Part shown: positions 21,540 through 48,113 of the stretch, piece by piece | Layout: the number at the start of each line of letters is the position of its first letter | Numbering within the stretch: the stretch's first letter is position 1 | From: Macrostomum lignano | Lineage: Eukaryota | DNA length: 63,617 bases | NCBI GenBank assembly: GCA_002269645.1 | Contig: NIVC01004035.1 | Span: 1 to 63,617, forward strand | Reading direction: 5' to 3' | Position numbers and translations under genes: made by a program | The notes under the pieces: generated by a model | What the model was told of the DNA's origin: nothing | The model's input: the letters and a program-made list of their open reading frames with translations, nothing else | The model's database searches: none

Positions 21540-22365
21540 ACTGTTCATTCAATGGTTGCAAATTTGAGTAATGGACTCAACCGTCGTATTTTCTGGACTT
21601 TCTCCTGCTGTCGTGATGAGAACATGACCATAGGTTAGACTTGCACTCAATTGACTAAGCAGTGTTATTGTTGGAACATTTTTTGTTGGACTTCAATAAA
21701 TATAAGAATTTCACGCTTCGTGTTACTTTTTTCGCCTATGGTATTGTTGTCCAGTCTTGTTTTTTTACCTCCAGAAAATGGCCGGTCATTGTCCGGAGGT
21801 CATTGCCATGAACAAATATTTCGGGCAATGACTGCAAACCAGAAGAACACTTTAAAATCATTGACCAAAGCCATACTGACGCCAAACTTAGAATTCTCGA
21901 GGCCCTGCACATAAAAGCTCAGACCCCGAATCTCAACACCCAATTACAACATAGTGGTGCAGGTCACGTTCTCCGCGTTTTCTGAACAGTGAGTGACACA
22001 GTCGTGCACGCTGTGTACACTTAGCTTGACGTTCAATTACCTTAGCTAGCTACCTCCCCTGATTCTGCCTTTTGACCACTGGACAAGAATTGTGTACATT
22101 TGGTTTAACTTTCATTCTCAATCTATAATTCTCTCTCCTACCTACTATACCTATGTATGTTGTTAAAGCCAAGTTGTAATCAATTGTTTTCAATCTTACC
22201 CTCCTTACCTGTGTACGTTGCAAAAACCAATATTTAATCAATCGCTTTCAATCTCAATTTCTCAAATCGTTCTAATAAAATCCTGACGATGCACCATGGC
22301 GTGCGAAACGCGTTGAAGTTGTTAGAAATTGTAATCATATTCAAATGTTGATATTAAGCTTTCTA
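21540..22365. repeat. Right arm of 826-bp inverted repeat
   Basis: Begins with the last codons of the YR gene (CSFNGCKFE*) in plus orientation. Confidence 0.95.
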
Positions 22366-23126
22366 TTTATTCTTCTCGCCAAGCGAGCGACTCTACCAGC
22401 ACCTGTATTTCTCTTTCATAGAAAACATTCAACATAGACCAACTCCTTTTGCAGTGCCAAATCATCAGGCTAAAGTGTCGAGCATCTTTGGAAACTGCGG
22501 CTTTGAGAACTGTGCATGCTTCACTTTGGGTGACAAATTGATTTTTACATTGTCAAGTTTTGACTACAAACTGATAAACTGCACTAGCTGTGACATTTAT
22601 TATGAATAAATAATAAATTTATTCATGCTAGCCCTTATGGTTCCTACTGAAATTATCTCACTAATTTGCTGCAGTTCTTTAGTTCTAATTTCTCTATCCT
22701 ATAAATTGTCACTAATATATCTACTTTGAGTAGCGTTGGCAGCCCTAATCTATTACTCTTTCCTAGAAACTTCTAATTTCACACGGCTTCCTAGAAACCT
22801 TGTGATAGCGTGTAGTGCCCGAGCGGTAAGACACTGTCTAATTCCTTAATTCAGTCCGAAAGCCTAGCGTTTTCCGAGGATCAAGGGTGTCCAGCGGCAA
22901 CTAACCTACGACCCTAATATCTAATCTCCTAGTGCCTAATGGACTGGTTTGTGCGGCGAAAGTGCACAAACCGGCTTTAGTGCCCAGCGCGTTGATTGTA
23001 CATCGCCGCCTGCCCCCCCTTGGGTGGCAGGGGTGTTTTTAAACCCCCGTCGCGCTCTACTGGCGGCTCACTTTGCCTTCTCGCAGTGAATTTTTTTGAC
23101 TTAGAAATAGAAACTTTTGCTGAGTC

Positions 23127-24187
23127 ATGAACCGCACCCGTAGCCAGTCAGCCGATTCCGTCCCCACAACTGTGCCAGCACTGCGAGGGAAACTAAAGGA
23201 GCTTGGTTTGCCAACCTCTGGCAACAAAGCAAAACTAGTCCAAAGGCTTCGCGCCCATATTCAAGACGTGGAGACCTCTGTCGAGAGTGACGAGCTGACG
23301 AACGTTCAGGCCATTCTGCGAGCTACAGGGCAGAACTCGGCGGTAGCGAGCAGCGGGGGCAGCCCCCCAAATCGGCGACAGGTCGAGAACGGTGGGTCTG
23401 GCGCGGCTGGCGGCCTGGACGAACAGCTGCTGGAGGCGGAGAAGCGAATCCGTCTGCTGAAGCTGCGCAAAGAAGAAGCGCAGCTGGAATCCGAGTTCGC
23501 GCAGCTACGGGTCGGCCGTTCTGAGGCACGTGATGTACCGGGTGAGTTGCTAAATTGCCTAACTGGATGTGTGCAGCATGAAGTTGGGCAGCAGCATGAG
23601 AACATGGGAGCCTCAGGGAGAAGTACCAGTAGCGTCTACCGAATCGTTGACTTCGTCAGCAAGCGCAAGCAGTGTCTTCTAGGCCAGAGTAAGTCTAAAG
23701 AAGTGGCGGTCGAGGCGCTGTCGTTAGGCGATTGGGTGACGGGCAATGCGCAGGCGATGCTTCAGATGCTGACTGACGGGCGTCTAGTCAGACTGGATCA
23801 GCATGGTCGATTGGATGTGGCAGAGCTCAGAGACTATTTCAGGTACACCGCACGCATTGGCGAGTTGTTGGACCTGGGCTTCGACAAGAGCCGTGTGATG
23901 AGATTTGATGACGAGTGCCGGCTCAGCCAAACGTCTGATGGCAAGTGGGAGTCGCACAGCTCGGACCTGAGTCTGGTTGCGGCGTACCTCATGGCTCCCC
24001 AGAAGCAGCAATCGGGGGTGGTGCCCAGAAGCGCAATCAACTGGTTTGCTTCGACTACAACAGGATACGCGGGTGCGAACGCAAGAGCTGTCGGTTCCTG
24101 CATCGCTGCCGAAGATGCGGCCTGGCGCACTCTGAGGCAGCCTTCCACCGCGACGAATCGAGCGGTGAGGAGAAACCGCAACACTGA
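23127..24187 (+). CDS. Ngaro ORF1 (gag-like) with N-terminal SAP domain and C-terminal Cys/His zinc finger; one frameshift at about 24015
   Basis: LRGKLKELGLPTSGNKAKLVQRL (SAP); CFDYN...GCERKSCRFLHRCRRCGLAH in the -1 frame after a G-run. Confidence 0.75.
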
Positions 24188-24259
24188 CTCGATCATAGCG
24201 CGAATTTTATTCCTCCTGTTTTATCCTCTGATCTCAATCTGGCCCAGTGGCAGGCGGAG

Positions 24260-25800
24260 TTGTCCAAGCTGGATCTCCCGCCCGGTCGGATGGCTTTTAT
24301 CCTTGATGGCGTTGCTAGTGGCTTTCGCATCACCAATCGTCAGATGCATGGCAACGAGCTGGTTGAAGTGGCAAACTACTCATCGGTTTTTAAGCACCAT
24401 GACAGAGTTGCGCGTCAGATTGCTAATGAGCTTCGTCTCGGTCGTTATCGTCTCTGTGCTGCTGGTGACAAACCTCGCATAGTCAGCGCCCTTGGTGCGC
24501 TGCCGAAGTCCAACGGTGGCGTTCGCTTAATCCATGACTGCAGCCGGCCGCAAGGGAAGTCTGTCAACTCCGCTTACGAGAGCGAGCAGAGACTGCGTTT
24601 CACCTGTGTCCAGAACTTTGCTAAGAGGCTTAAGAAGAATTACTTTATGTGCAAGGTCGATCTAAGCGAAGCCTATCGTTCATGTGGGATCCATCCTGAC
24701 GACCAAAAGTTTACCGGTTTGAAGTTTCGGCTAGGTAGCGATGCTTGCGACACCTACATGGTGGACACGCGCCTGCCATTTGGTGCTGCTGCTTCCGTCA
24801 CGGCTTTCTATCATCTCAGCGAGGCGGTCAAGTTGATGATGGTGCACCGCGGCTTCGTCAATACTGAGGCCTATCTGGACGATTTTGCCTTTTGCGGTTT
24901 GCAAAACGAGTGCGAGGCCTTCTTTAATGTGTTGACGTCGCTGATGACCAGACTGGGCTTCACCGTGAATTGGACGAAGTGTCAGCGGCCTTCGCAAAGG
25001 ATGACGTTTCTCGGTGTGGAGCTCGACACCGTCAAGGGCCTGAAGCGGCTTTCAGACGAGAAAGTGGAGAAACTTTTAGAGCAACTGGACGATGCTGCTG
25101 CCAAGGATCGCATCAGCAAGCAAAGTTTACAGCAGATCATCGGCAGGCTGGTGTGGGCTTCGCAGGTGATCGAATGCGGTCGCCCCTTTCTTCAGGACCT
25201 GATTTCGCGCTCTAACAATTTGGCCGTCGGTCAGCAAGATGAGGTGGATGCGGCCCTGCGTAGTCAGCTGCGCTGGTGGAAGTGTGCTCTGCTAGCTCAA
25301 AGGTGGAAGACTCTCTGGTTCAATGGCGACTTCGATGCCGCGATCGAGTCGGACGCCTGCCTGGTGGGCGGCGCTGCCGTGCTGCGGTTGCCGGGGGCGT
25401 GAGTGACTGGCGCTACGTTAATTGGGATCTCGACGCGGATGCTGTTTTTCGGGATCTGCCTATCAATTACAAGGAGGCTGCGATACCTCTGATGGCGTTG
25501 CTGTCGTGGCGGGACCGCCTGCACAACTGTCGGCTGTGCATCTACTGCGATAATATGGCAGCGTGCTGTATTATCAACAATGGGGTCTCCAAGTGCCCTC
25601 TGGTGTTGAGGCTGTTGCAGACGGTGGCGCTGCTTTGCATTCGTCAGAACATTCAGCTGCGTGCTTACCATGTGCCAGGGCCGTTTCAAATTTTTGCTGA
25701 CGCCGCGTCTCGGCTGCACGAGGGCAGTCAGTTGTTGAATTTTTTGCTGCGCTTTTATGGCTCATTGATGCGTCTCACCAATTGCTCGCTTTCCCGGCAC
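24260..25800 (+). CDS. Ngaro reverse transcriptase plus RNase H; one frameshift at the G-run at about 25395
   Basis: RLIHDCS, KVDLSEAYR, LPFG, YLDDF, FLGVELDT; RNase H IESDAC, INYKE, YCDN, ADAASR. Confidence 0.9.
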
Positions 25801-26828
25801 ACGCTTTCTGCTGCCACATCCGCTTTTCTCCGTTTTCAGGTCGCCAGACTGCGCCAGACCACCTCAGCCACCGAGCCCGTGAACTACTCGGTTCCTCCTA
25901 CGCGGCCCGCTCGAAAAGCGCCATCAGCTCACACGTGCGGTCCTGGCGCGCGTACTGCTCAGCCAAGGGACTCGACCCCGCCGGGTGTACTGTGTCCACG
26001 CTGCTAAACTACCTGGCTGGCCTCACGGGCACGCGCCTGCGAGCCTACAGTAGCATTCGCGGTCACGTCAGCTCGCTTTCACTGTGGTTTCGGCTGAACG
26101 GCGCTCAGGACCTGACAAAGCATACCCTCACCCAGCATCTGCTGCGGGGCTGCAAGCGAGCGCTGGGGCTTCAGGTCAACCAGAAGCTACCAATGTCTCC
26201 GTCGGTGCTGCAAAAGCTTTGGTCTCTGGTTGACAAGGGCGACAATCGGCAACTGGCCTGCTGGGCGGTCACCATCACTGCCTGGTGGGGAATGCTGCGA
26301 AAATCATCACTCCTTCTATCGTCGCCTCAGTTGGGTAGTGGGATGAAGGTGCAGAATCTGACACCTCACCGTTGCGGCCTCCTCTTAAGCGTGGACTTTG
26401 GCAAGACTATTCAGTTCCGTGATCGAGTCCACCACGTCCTGCTTCCGAAGTTCCCCGCCTGCCCCGCGCTCTGCCCGGTAGTGGCGATTCGCCGACATCT
26501 GTGTGTCAACAAGCTGGCGATGGCCGAGGCGCCACTCTGGTCCTTCATCGATCGCAATGGACAGCGGCGCCATCTAGCTGCTCGGGACTTGGACCGGTTT
26601 CTTGAATCTAAGCTGCAGAGGGCTGGGTGTGGCGGCAAGCTCTACTCGGCTCACAGCCTGCGTCGAGGTGGAGCCACCTGGGCAGCTCGCATGGGCCTGC
26701 CGGTGGCGGAGATCCAGCGGATCGGCGACTGGAAGAGTTCGGCGGTGGAGCGCTACTTGCCCCGCTCGGGTGTTGCCACTGCTGCGGCCTCTCTGCATTT
26801 TTCTTCCGCCCTTAGTGCTCATTTTTGA
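25782..26828 (+). CDS. Ngaro tyrosine recombinase
   Basis: GMLRKS (R), FGKT (K), HSLRRGGATW (HxxR), GDWKS (W) and ERYL (Y). Confidence 0.92.
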   Translation: MLAFPAHAFCCHIRFSPFSGRQTAPDHLSHRARELLGSSYAARSKSAISSHVRSWRAYCSAKGLDPAGCTVSTLLNYLAGLTGTRLRAYSSIRGHVSSLSLWFRLNGAQDLTKHTLTQHLLRGCKRALGLQVNQKLPMSPSVLQKLWSLVDKGDNRQLACWAVTITAWWGMLRKSSLLLSSPQLGSGMKVQNLTPHRCGLLLSVDFGKTIQFRDRVHHVLLPKFPACPALCPVVAIRRHLCVNKLAMAEAPLWSFIDRNGQRRHLAARDLDRFLESKLQRAGCGGKLYSAHSLRRGGATWAARMGLPVAEIQRIGDWKSSAVERYLPRSGVATAAASLHFSSALSAHF

Positions 26829-29800
26829 CGGTGGTCTTCCCGCTGATTTGTTTTTTGCTCAATGCCTAGCTGCTGCTCTTATCCCCCGTTGTGTTTGGCT
26901 TTGGAGGCCTGCTTCGTTTCTGTGCCAAGTTCGTGTTTTAATTGCCTTTGTTGCTGGAAGCACTAATGGACTGGTTTGTGCGGCGAAAGTGCACAAACCG
27001 GCTTTAGTGCCCAGCGCGTTGATTGTACATCGCCGCCTGCCCCCCCTTGGGTGGCAGGGGTGTTTTTAAACCCCCGTCGCGCTCTACTGGCGGCTCACTT
27101 TGCCTTCTCGCAGTGAATTTTTTTTTCTTTTTCGTGTTAAGTTTGCTTTAAGCCAAATATACTCGTAGATTGAAGTTCGAAACACTTTTTTATTGACGGA
27201 GGCCTGCTTCGTTTCTGTGCCAAGTTCGTGTTTTAATTGCCTTTGTTGCTGGAAGCACTAATGTCTATTGTTAGCCTGTACGGCTTTCTTAGGGTCTGTA
27301 CGACCTCGAGATCCCCACCTTTAACCTCTATTCTGGGTCTTTACGACCTCAAATTCCCCTATTCCAGATACCTAGTTCCGGGTCTCCTCGACCTCTGACT
27401 GCCCTATCTAGAATCCTGGTCTTGGGTCTCCACGACCTCTGGTTTTCCTATCTAGAATCCTGGTCTAGGGTCTCCACGACCTCTGGTTTTCCTATCTAGA
27501 ATCCTGGTCTAGGGTCTCCACGACCTCTGGTTTTCCTATCTAGAATCCTGGTCTAGGGTCTCCACGACATCTGGTTTTCCTTTTTATGAAAGAAATAGCG
27601 AGATAAGTCTTAGTCAAAAACTTCAAGTTTGCTTACTAAGAGTTCTCGATAGTTAATCAGGTAACACCAGATCAATTTTTATTTTGGCCAACTCGCCTCC
27701 TTTTATACTAAATTTTGGGAAAAATGGGGGACGCATTCAAACAAAAAGGCAAGATTCAAACAAACAAAAATTCAAACAAAATTAGATATTTAAACAAATT
27801 TGAACAGGGAATTCTATGATTGGTTTGGAAATTAAACGCTAAGTTAGCTACTACGAGTACAACGGCTCGTATAGTCAAAATATACACACCCTACCTCATT
27901 AACAAAAATACTGAGTGATGGATTTTTTCAATTCAAATGTCTATGGTACACGTCAAAACTGTGGAATAATGGCTAAAATATTTTGTTATTGCGTCTGGGT
28001 AAAAGTATAATTACAATGACGAAAGTACATAGCGATTAAATACATGCATACATAAAATGTAATTCTATTTAGCACAGCAAAGTTAACTCAGTAAAGTAAT
28101 GCTTCAGGGTCAGGAACTCCACTGGTTGAATCTGTCATATATTTTACCAGTAATCTAATAGCATAAATGATATGCTTCTCGTACCCTGACAATCATTCAG
28201 TATCAACCTAACTGTACAGTTATGTTTAAGGCTACTTGTGTAATCAATTTCGAACTTGTAACTTGTAACTGTCAGCTCGGCTTCTTTAAACTTTACGACA
28301 TGCCAATGATCGCGCCAGTGTAAGGCGTTCCTATGAAACTGCGTGCTTTGGAAGGCGCCAGCGAAGGGACAGCGAGACCAGACGACAGCGGGAATAGCGA
28401 AGACAAAAAAATACTGGCCTGTGCCCGCTGCCCTTCAACCTAATTTTTCTATTTTTAACTTATTTTGTTTAGCCGCCATATAGAGAATTAAATCTATTAA
28501 TCTATAAATCTATTAAAACTATCTAAATTGAGTTAACTTGAATAATAATAAGAGAGACGAGAGTCTGGCGCAGGGCCCAAACCGATTCATTTAGGGCATT
28601 TATTTTGGGCTTTGAGTGCAATTGGATTTAGACGAAGAGGGGTGAAGTGCACGACTGAGGAAAGAGGCAAGAATGGAGAGCCAATCAGAAGCCAGGGGAG
28701 AGAGATAGGAATTACAAAATTGAACCAGAGACAGAGAGAAAACAGAGTAAACAGAGACGAGTGAAGGTGAAATAGGAAATGCTTAAAAAACTCACGACAC
28801 GCTTTAAACTCAACAAGGGACCGAACCGGAATTTAGCGACTTATAGGTTAAGCAAAAAGAAAGTAAAATGAAGGGAAACCACAACCGCGATGAAACAATG
28901 ACCTGAATTTTTTCATTGGTTTGTTTAACTCAAAGCTGGAGCGTCGTGTAATCTCTTTATGTGTCTTTCAGAGCTGCATAGAGAACGACTAATTGTACCT
29001 GGAATCGGCGTCTTAGAAGGTTATAATGAGTGGCTAGACAATATTCAGGGGCAGTCTAAACCACCTTCTTCATAGACAAGTCGACTCTTTTTGTCGACTT
29101 TAGTGGTCATACTGTGTTAAAAAAAGAAATCAAGTATTCCTTTTGACGGGGGACATGTCAAAAGCTACGGGAGACATGCCATTTCCTTGTCCCCCCACAC
29201 CACCTTGTGACCCGTTGTGGAAATCAATAATTTTGCTTCCGGGTGCCAAAATATAAAGCATTTTACTGGCCTCTAAAAGAAGTGTAAATGTTTATCACCA
29301 ACAATTTTTTTTGAATCTTGGCTTGAAGCTATAGCTTTTTTTAAATTAGTTTCAGTTTCTGCTGGATGTGTTCCGAAGCGAATATCCTGACTTTGTAACA
29401 AGAATTGTCTCTAGAATAATGAATGTTTTTTTAGGTTTTGTAGAAAAATACAAAACAATTTTCAGGCTCTTCTTAAGCATTACGGATCCTAGTTAAAATA
29501 TACTGCCGGCATATAATTGGCGCACTCGACAAGCTTGCTTCTTACTTGAAACCCCAGATAAGGGAGGTGTCATTTTGCTAAGACCGAGAAACAGCTGCGC
29601 ACTCATATCTCGTACCCTCGTAGCTACTGCCAAGTATACCAAGTATGCCAAGTATCAAGCACCGGTGCATTTACCATGTGCAATGGAGTCGACAGTACGC
29701 AAACCGGGCAGTGTACACTCTAGCCTCTTTTTCTCTCTCTTATCTTGACTGTTTTTCCGTCGTTGCTTTATGCTCAACTTTTTTCTTTCTTTCTTACCGA

Positions 29801-30554
29801 AAATTTCATCCTCATCTACACATAAAATGAATTGCAGTAGAGACAGAAGCAAAGCGACGCACAGAAAACAACATACGTCTTTCGAAATGAAAACTGTAGC
29901 CAGTATTATTGCTGTGCTGTTGTCGCTGTGTAGTCGACCTGGTAAGAAAAACATTTAGATTGCTGTTTTGCTTGATTAACAAGGAAACATAACAGCTTGT
30001 TAGCTGCGATTAGTCAAATGTAGTATTCCTTGTCTAATCTTTTGTGAGTGTAAAATTCAATAGACGGTTTTGAATCCTTAAATATTTGCTGCACATTTAC
30101 TTATTTGAAGTACATTTTACCTTATGAGAGTTTATCGATGCTTCAATGTGGAAATTTCTCCCTTCTGCCAAAAATCTGGAAGGGGCAAAGTAGCTAAACA
30201 GGGTAACGCGTGTGATTCTCGCGCTGTACGAACTACATCAATTTTTGGACTTGTATTGTACCCAAACACCTAAATTCCCACCATGTAAACTCTGTCAGGG
30301 CTGTTTTACAAGGACCATGCATTATTGTTGGTTGTTGTGTTTAGTTGTCCGAAGAATAAGCATGATGGCAATTGTTTCCTCGTTGGCTGCGGGTCGAGCA
30401 TAGCCTATATGAGCTAATCAGCGCTCAGAGCCCCCTGCACACTTGCGTATCAATCTAATAAACGCCAAAGGGGCTTCGTCAACTCTCAGTCGTATCTCTC
30501 TGCTTTAGTCTACACTTTTACTAACGTAAAGCCGACATTTTGACTTTATTTTAG

Positions 30555-32135
30555 CGTCGAGCAGCGAAGAGCCGAAGCTATTCGGAGTTCTGTCGCCAGC
30601 AGATCCACAGCAGTATATGCTGTTCTTCTCAACCATGAGCGAGTATCAGAAGCTCGGTGCGACTCAGCTTGTGTACTTTCTAAGCATTGGTGGATCCGAA
30701 AAATATCAGCTATTTAATCCATCAGAGGTGATTAATTCTCACAAAATTCAGTAGTGCAGGTCTGTTTTCTAATAAATACACACGTTTTACGTCCTTAATT
30801 TGCACCGATTTTATCCTCAGGCCACCTGCATAGCCAGCTCCAGTTACTGCTACATGACGGGGAAACTGCCGTCAGACATTTCGCCCAAAGTGTGTCACAT
30901 TGGAATCACGGTAAAAATGGACATTTATCGATTTTTTTATTTACACCATCAGTATAATTATAGCTTCAGTATTTTATCTTTTTTATAAATTTTTACAGCT
31001 TCGAATTAATCAGATCGACCACGACAGCTGCTTGGCGGATGTCTGTCCAAATATTCACTCTACTGACGAGTGCCAGCTTCGAGGTGAGACTCGAATTATT
31101 TGTCTTTTCACTGCCAAGTGGGTGGCTTGACCTTGTATTTACCTGTACCTCAGAATCCACATAAACCTCATAAACCCCTAGAACACATTTCATACATGAA
31201 CACATTCAATCCTGCCGCAGATCCCACCCGATTGTTTACAATCCACCTAACAGTCCAACCATCTACTAGTACTTCAAAATCCATCTCATCACTTAGAATC
31301 TGTCCAGATAAAGCACATTATTTCAGAATCCCAGCATGAAGGCGCAGAGTAGCCTAGTGCTAAAAACGTCTGAACCCGTGGTTTGACTGCGATTAAAAGA
31401 CAGCCGCTGTACACCCTGTGTGAGCGTGTGCATGAGTGCGGGCCTGCGTACAGTATTGGTGCACTTGTATGTGCTCAGTTGAAATAGTTGGCGGCTGGTT
31501 TTTTCTAGTGCTCCCTAGAATTTATAATTGAACGTAGAAGAAAGCTGGTTTTTTTCAGCATCCATTTTCACTATTTCCTGCATGATTTGGCCACTTTCCC
31601 GTCTCGTGTTTTAGTAGTCCCTGGGTGCCCAAAGCATTCCTGCAATTCATATTATTATCATCCCAGCATTCCACCCAAATCCGCCCACACCCCTGCAGTG
31701 CACGCAGACACCAGGGAGTGCAGCCAGCAGCCCTGGCCCTTCGAGCCGTGTCCGTATCCCCCATCGGTCTCCGAGTTTCTGCCGAAGAGCCAGCAATACA
31801 ACAAGAGCAGCAGCGAAAATTCAACTGAAACTAGAAAAGAACCGCAAGACTCCAGCAAATCGCTTGTTCTAATAGGCAGTTTCAGCGTGTTCTTTATAGC
31901 AATTGGGGTCACCATCGGACTGCTGATATCGGTTCTGAGACGCCCACACGTGACGGTCTTGTACTTAATTGAGCCTTGCGACAGCGACTGGCAGAGACTG
32001 TTGAAGCCGCCACCCAAAAGACAGCTGGAGCGTATCAAGCGGATGCCAGGACATTCCTTCAGCTCTGTGGCAGCCGGCATTAAAGAGTTAAGCAGACACT
32101 GGAAAACCGCTCCTGCACTGAGAACAGCTGATTAA
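30555..32135 (+). CDS. Multi-exon gene, probable Cys-containing single-pass membrane protein (model incomplete)
   Basis: In-phase GT-AG exons 30555-30727, 30821-30910 and 30999-31083; terminal ORF with TM segment LVLIGSFSVFFIAIGVTIGLLISVL followed by RR. The link between exon 31083 and the terminal exon is unresolved. Confidence 0.45.
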
Positions 32136-33302
32136 GGGATGTCAACTGCTGAGTTTTCCTGTTTGACAGTTTATTGTTTGATAATCAGCTTTCCCTGTTT
32201 TAGACTCATCAGCTGTTTAGTCTGCCAAATGCAGTAGCCACAAAATTTACAGGTAATCTGTAGCAGCTTTCGCAGTTTATTGATATTAGTAGTCAATGAA
32301 AGTGCACATTATTTTTATTGAGTTATTTGTCTCTGTTAGCCACACCGAGTGCTAGAGCGCACCCATAAACAGCGCTGTCCCCTCTCGGTTATCATGACTT
32401 TGATGACCTCTTCTGCGGGGGAAGTAATAAATTTTAGAATCTGCGAATCATCTCAAACGCACTTGTAGCGCCTAAATGGATCTAGACTATCGGGGCTACA
32501 AATCTTTTATTGCTCCCGTGTGAGTTTTTTCTATTTGACTGATCTATTTTTATTGTCTTTGTATGCTGTTGGTGCTGACAAAAAACATAAAAATATGAAA
32601 GCAATAGCTTAAGTAATATTAAAGTTAATTTGTGATTTATTCATTTTTTCGGATTTTTTGTTTTAACTGATCCAGCTAATTTATGGCACCTAAATGAGTA
32701 ATAATTGACATTATCGATACTAGTCAATATATTCAAAATGACAATAAGAATTTCCCCGAAAAAATAACGAAAAGTCACAACTTGATTCGTAAAAAATACT
32801 GTAATATTCAACTTAGTCTTTGAAGTATAATAAATGAAAACTTTATTTTGATATAGAAACTACTCGAAAAAATCGCTTAGTAATATTAAATTTTCAACAA
32901 AATAATTTTAACTTGTTTACACAGCTTTCAATTAACAAACGGAAAGTTTTTATAGCCAACATGGTACTGTACTCGTACTAAGACACATTGTTACGGAAAG
33001 TCATAGCCCTTTGCCTTATTGATAGAATTTTCATTCATCAACTCTTGCTTCCTTTGCTGGTTGAATGTCTACTTTTGCAGCCCAAAGACCACCCACTGGC
33101 AGCGAACTAATATAGTACTTTTATAGTATAGATCACACAATGGATTCGGCAGTTTCAGCAAGTTAAATTTACACGTACATCTGAAGAATATAAAGCACGG
33201 AGTCAACTTTGTTTTAAAATTAATAAAGTTTCACCTCACACAGTAGCGGTTACTTGTGAGTCTTGTCAGGTCAGTAGAAGTCCGCCGTCTTCTGCTATTC
33301 AG

Positions 33303-46882
<13,580 letters not shown>

Positions 46883-48113
46883 TATTCATGAAGGATAAAA
46901 GCGATAACTTAAGTGCTTCTGTGATATGGTCATCAGTTGGGTTGTCAAAAAACTTTTGCTAAGCAAAAACACACGAAAATAAAAAATCCTAGCTTTCTAA
47001 ATCATACAGGATTGCTTATTCTCAAGTTAATTCTTAACTATTGGTTAACCTGTAGTTTATTTGCATATTGTAGACTAAACTGTGTTATTTAGTGACACAA
47101 TTTAATTTAAAGTCTAAATTACTCTTGTTACAGTTGGCAGCTATTTAGTGTCTCAATATTTAAGGTTTAAAAGATAAAAAAATTTTCTTAAAAGAAAGCT
47201 ATGTTTCTGCAAAACTATGACCTGTGGCAATTTAAATGCTCCAGTCTCTATGCAAAATTTAAAAGGTATACTTTTCCAGGGAAAATGCAAGAAATGTACA
47301 ATTATAATAAAAAAGTTAAAAAAGATTTTCTAAAACTGATGTATCCTTACACTGAAATTAAACATTAAATAAAATCTTCGCCCTGCTTTTTCTGAGCCAA
47401 AAAAGTAAAAATTAAACGTGAAAATTGAGTAATATAATATAACATAACATAATGCAGTATTTAAGTTAAAAAAACTTATAACTAATCTTAAGGCTGTCCT
47501 ACTTTTACGATATGCCCTGCTGGAGTCCTGGACAAGACATTCAGTCGGTATAGGTGTTTTTAAAGTGGTAGTTAAAAACGATGTAATTTTAATATTACTG
47601 TGATTTATATCATTCTGGACTCTGTATAGATAATTAATGTGGTTTATTTATTGTTTTTAGTGAAGGAAATCTTTCGTGACGTCAAACTTAATAATTGGTA
47701 ACATATAGACGAAAATAATTAGAATATAGACCATACAATGCATATAATTTCGAAGTAAATGTAAGAGTTAAAAGGGTCTTAGTTTCAGGAGTAACACAAA
47801 TGTTACTACATTATTTTTTGCAGTATTTTTACTGCTCTAACTTTTAGCTTTTTGTAACCTTTCACGCGTTTTTTATTAGGCTGCTTTATCACAAAATTAG
47901 TTTTGGTTTGTTATACTGTGATTGAAACATTTAACGAAAAAAGTTATTATCACGATGCATTAATTCATATTGAATTGGATTCTTTCGATATTCTAGTATT
48001 TTAATAATTTTATATGTGCACCTACTGCATGTACCATGCATATGTACCTGAATATATGATGTACAGGACATACAACGAAGGACAAATGTATATATTTTAT
48101 ATGTATAAGTAAA

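Larger units (their letters stand above)
18872..22397 (-). mobile_element. Palindromic Crypton-type tyrosine-recombinase element
   Basis: YR gene between 826-bp inverted arms, an inner 123-bp inverted repeat, and a flanking 15-bp direct repeat AGCACCTGTATTTCT (18857-18871, 22398-22412). Confidence 0.75.
22942..27263 (+). mobile_element. Ngaro-type (DIRS order) tyrosine-recombinase retrotransposon, complete
   Basis: Split direct repeats A1 (22942-23097), ORFs, B1 (26903-26968), A2 (26969-27124), B2 (27198-27263); gag, RT/RNase H and YR; no methyltransferase ORF. Confidence 0.93.
22801..27888. repeat. LTR-like repeat copy B, split by the Ngaro insertion (22801-22941 and 27264-27888)
   Basis: Joining the two flanks at CTAATG reconstitutes a homolog of 13684-14448. 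Confidence 0.8.

Noticed and set aside
27900-30300. Scattered GC-richer patches and possible exons
   Set aside because: Could not assemble a phased gene model or recognise any domain or repeat structure.
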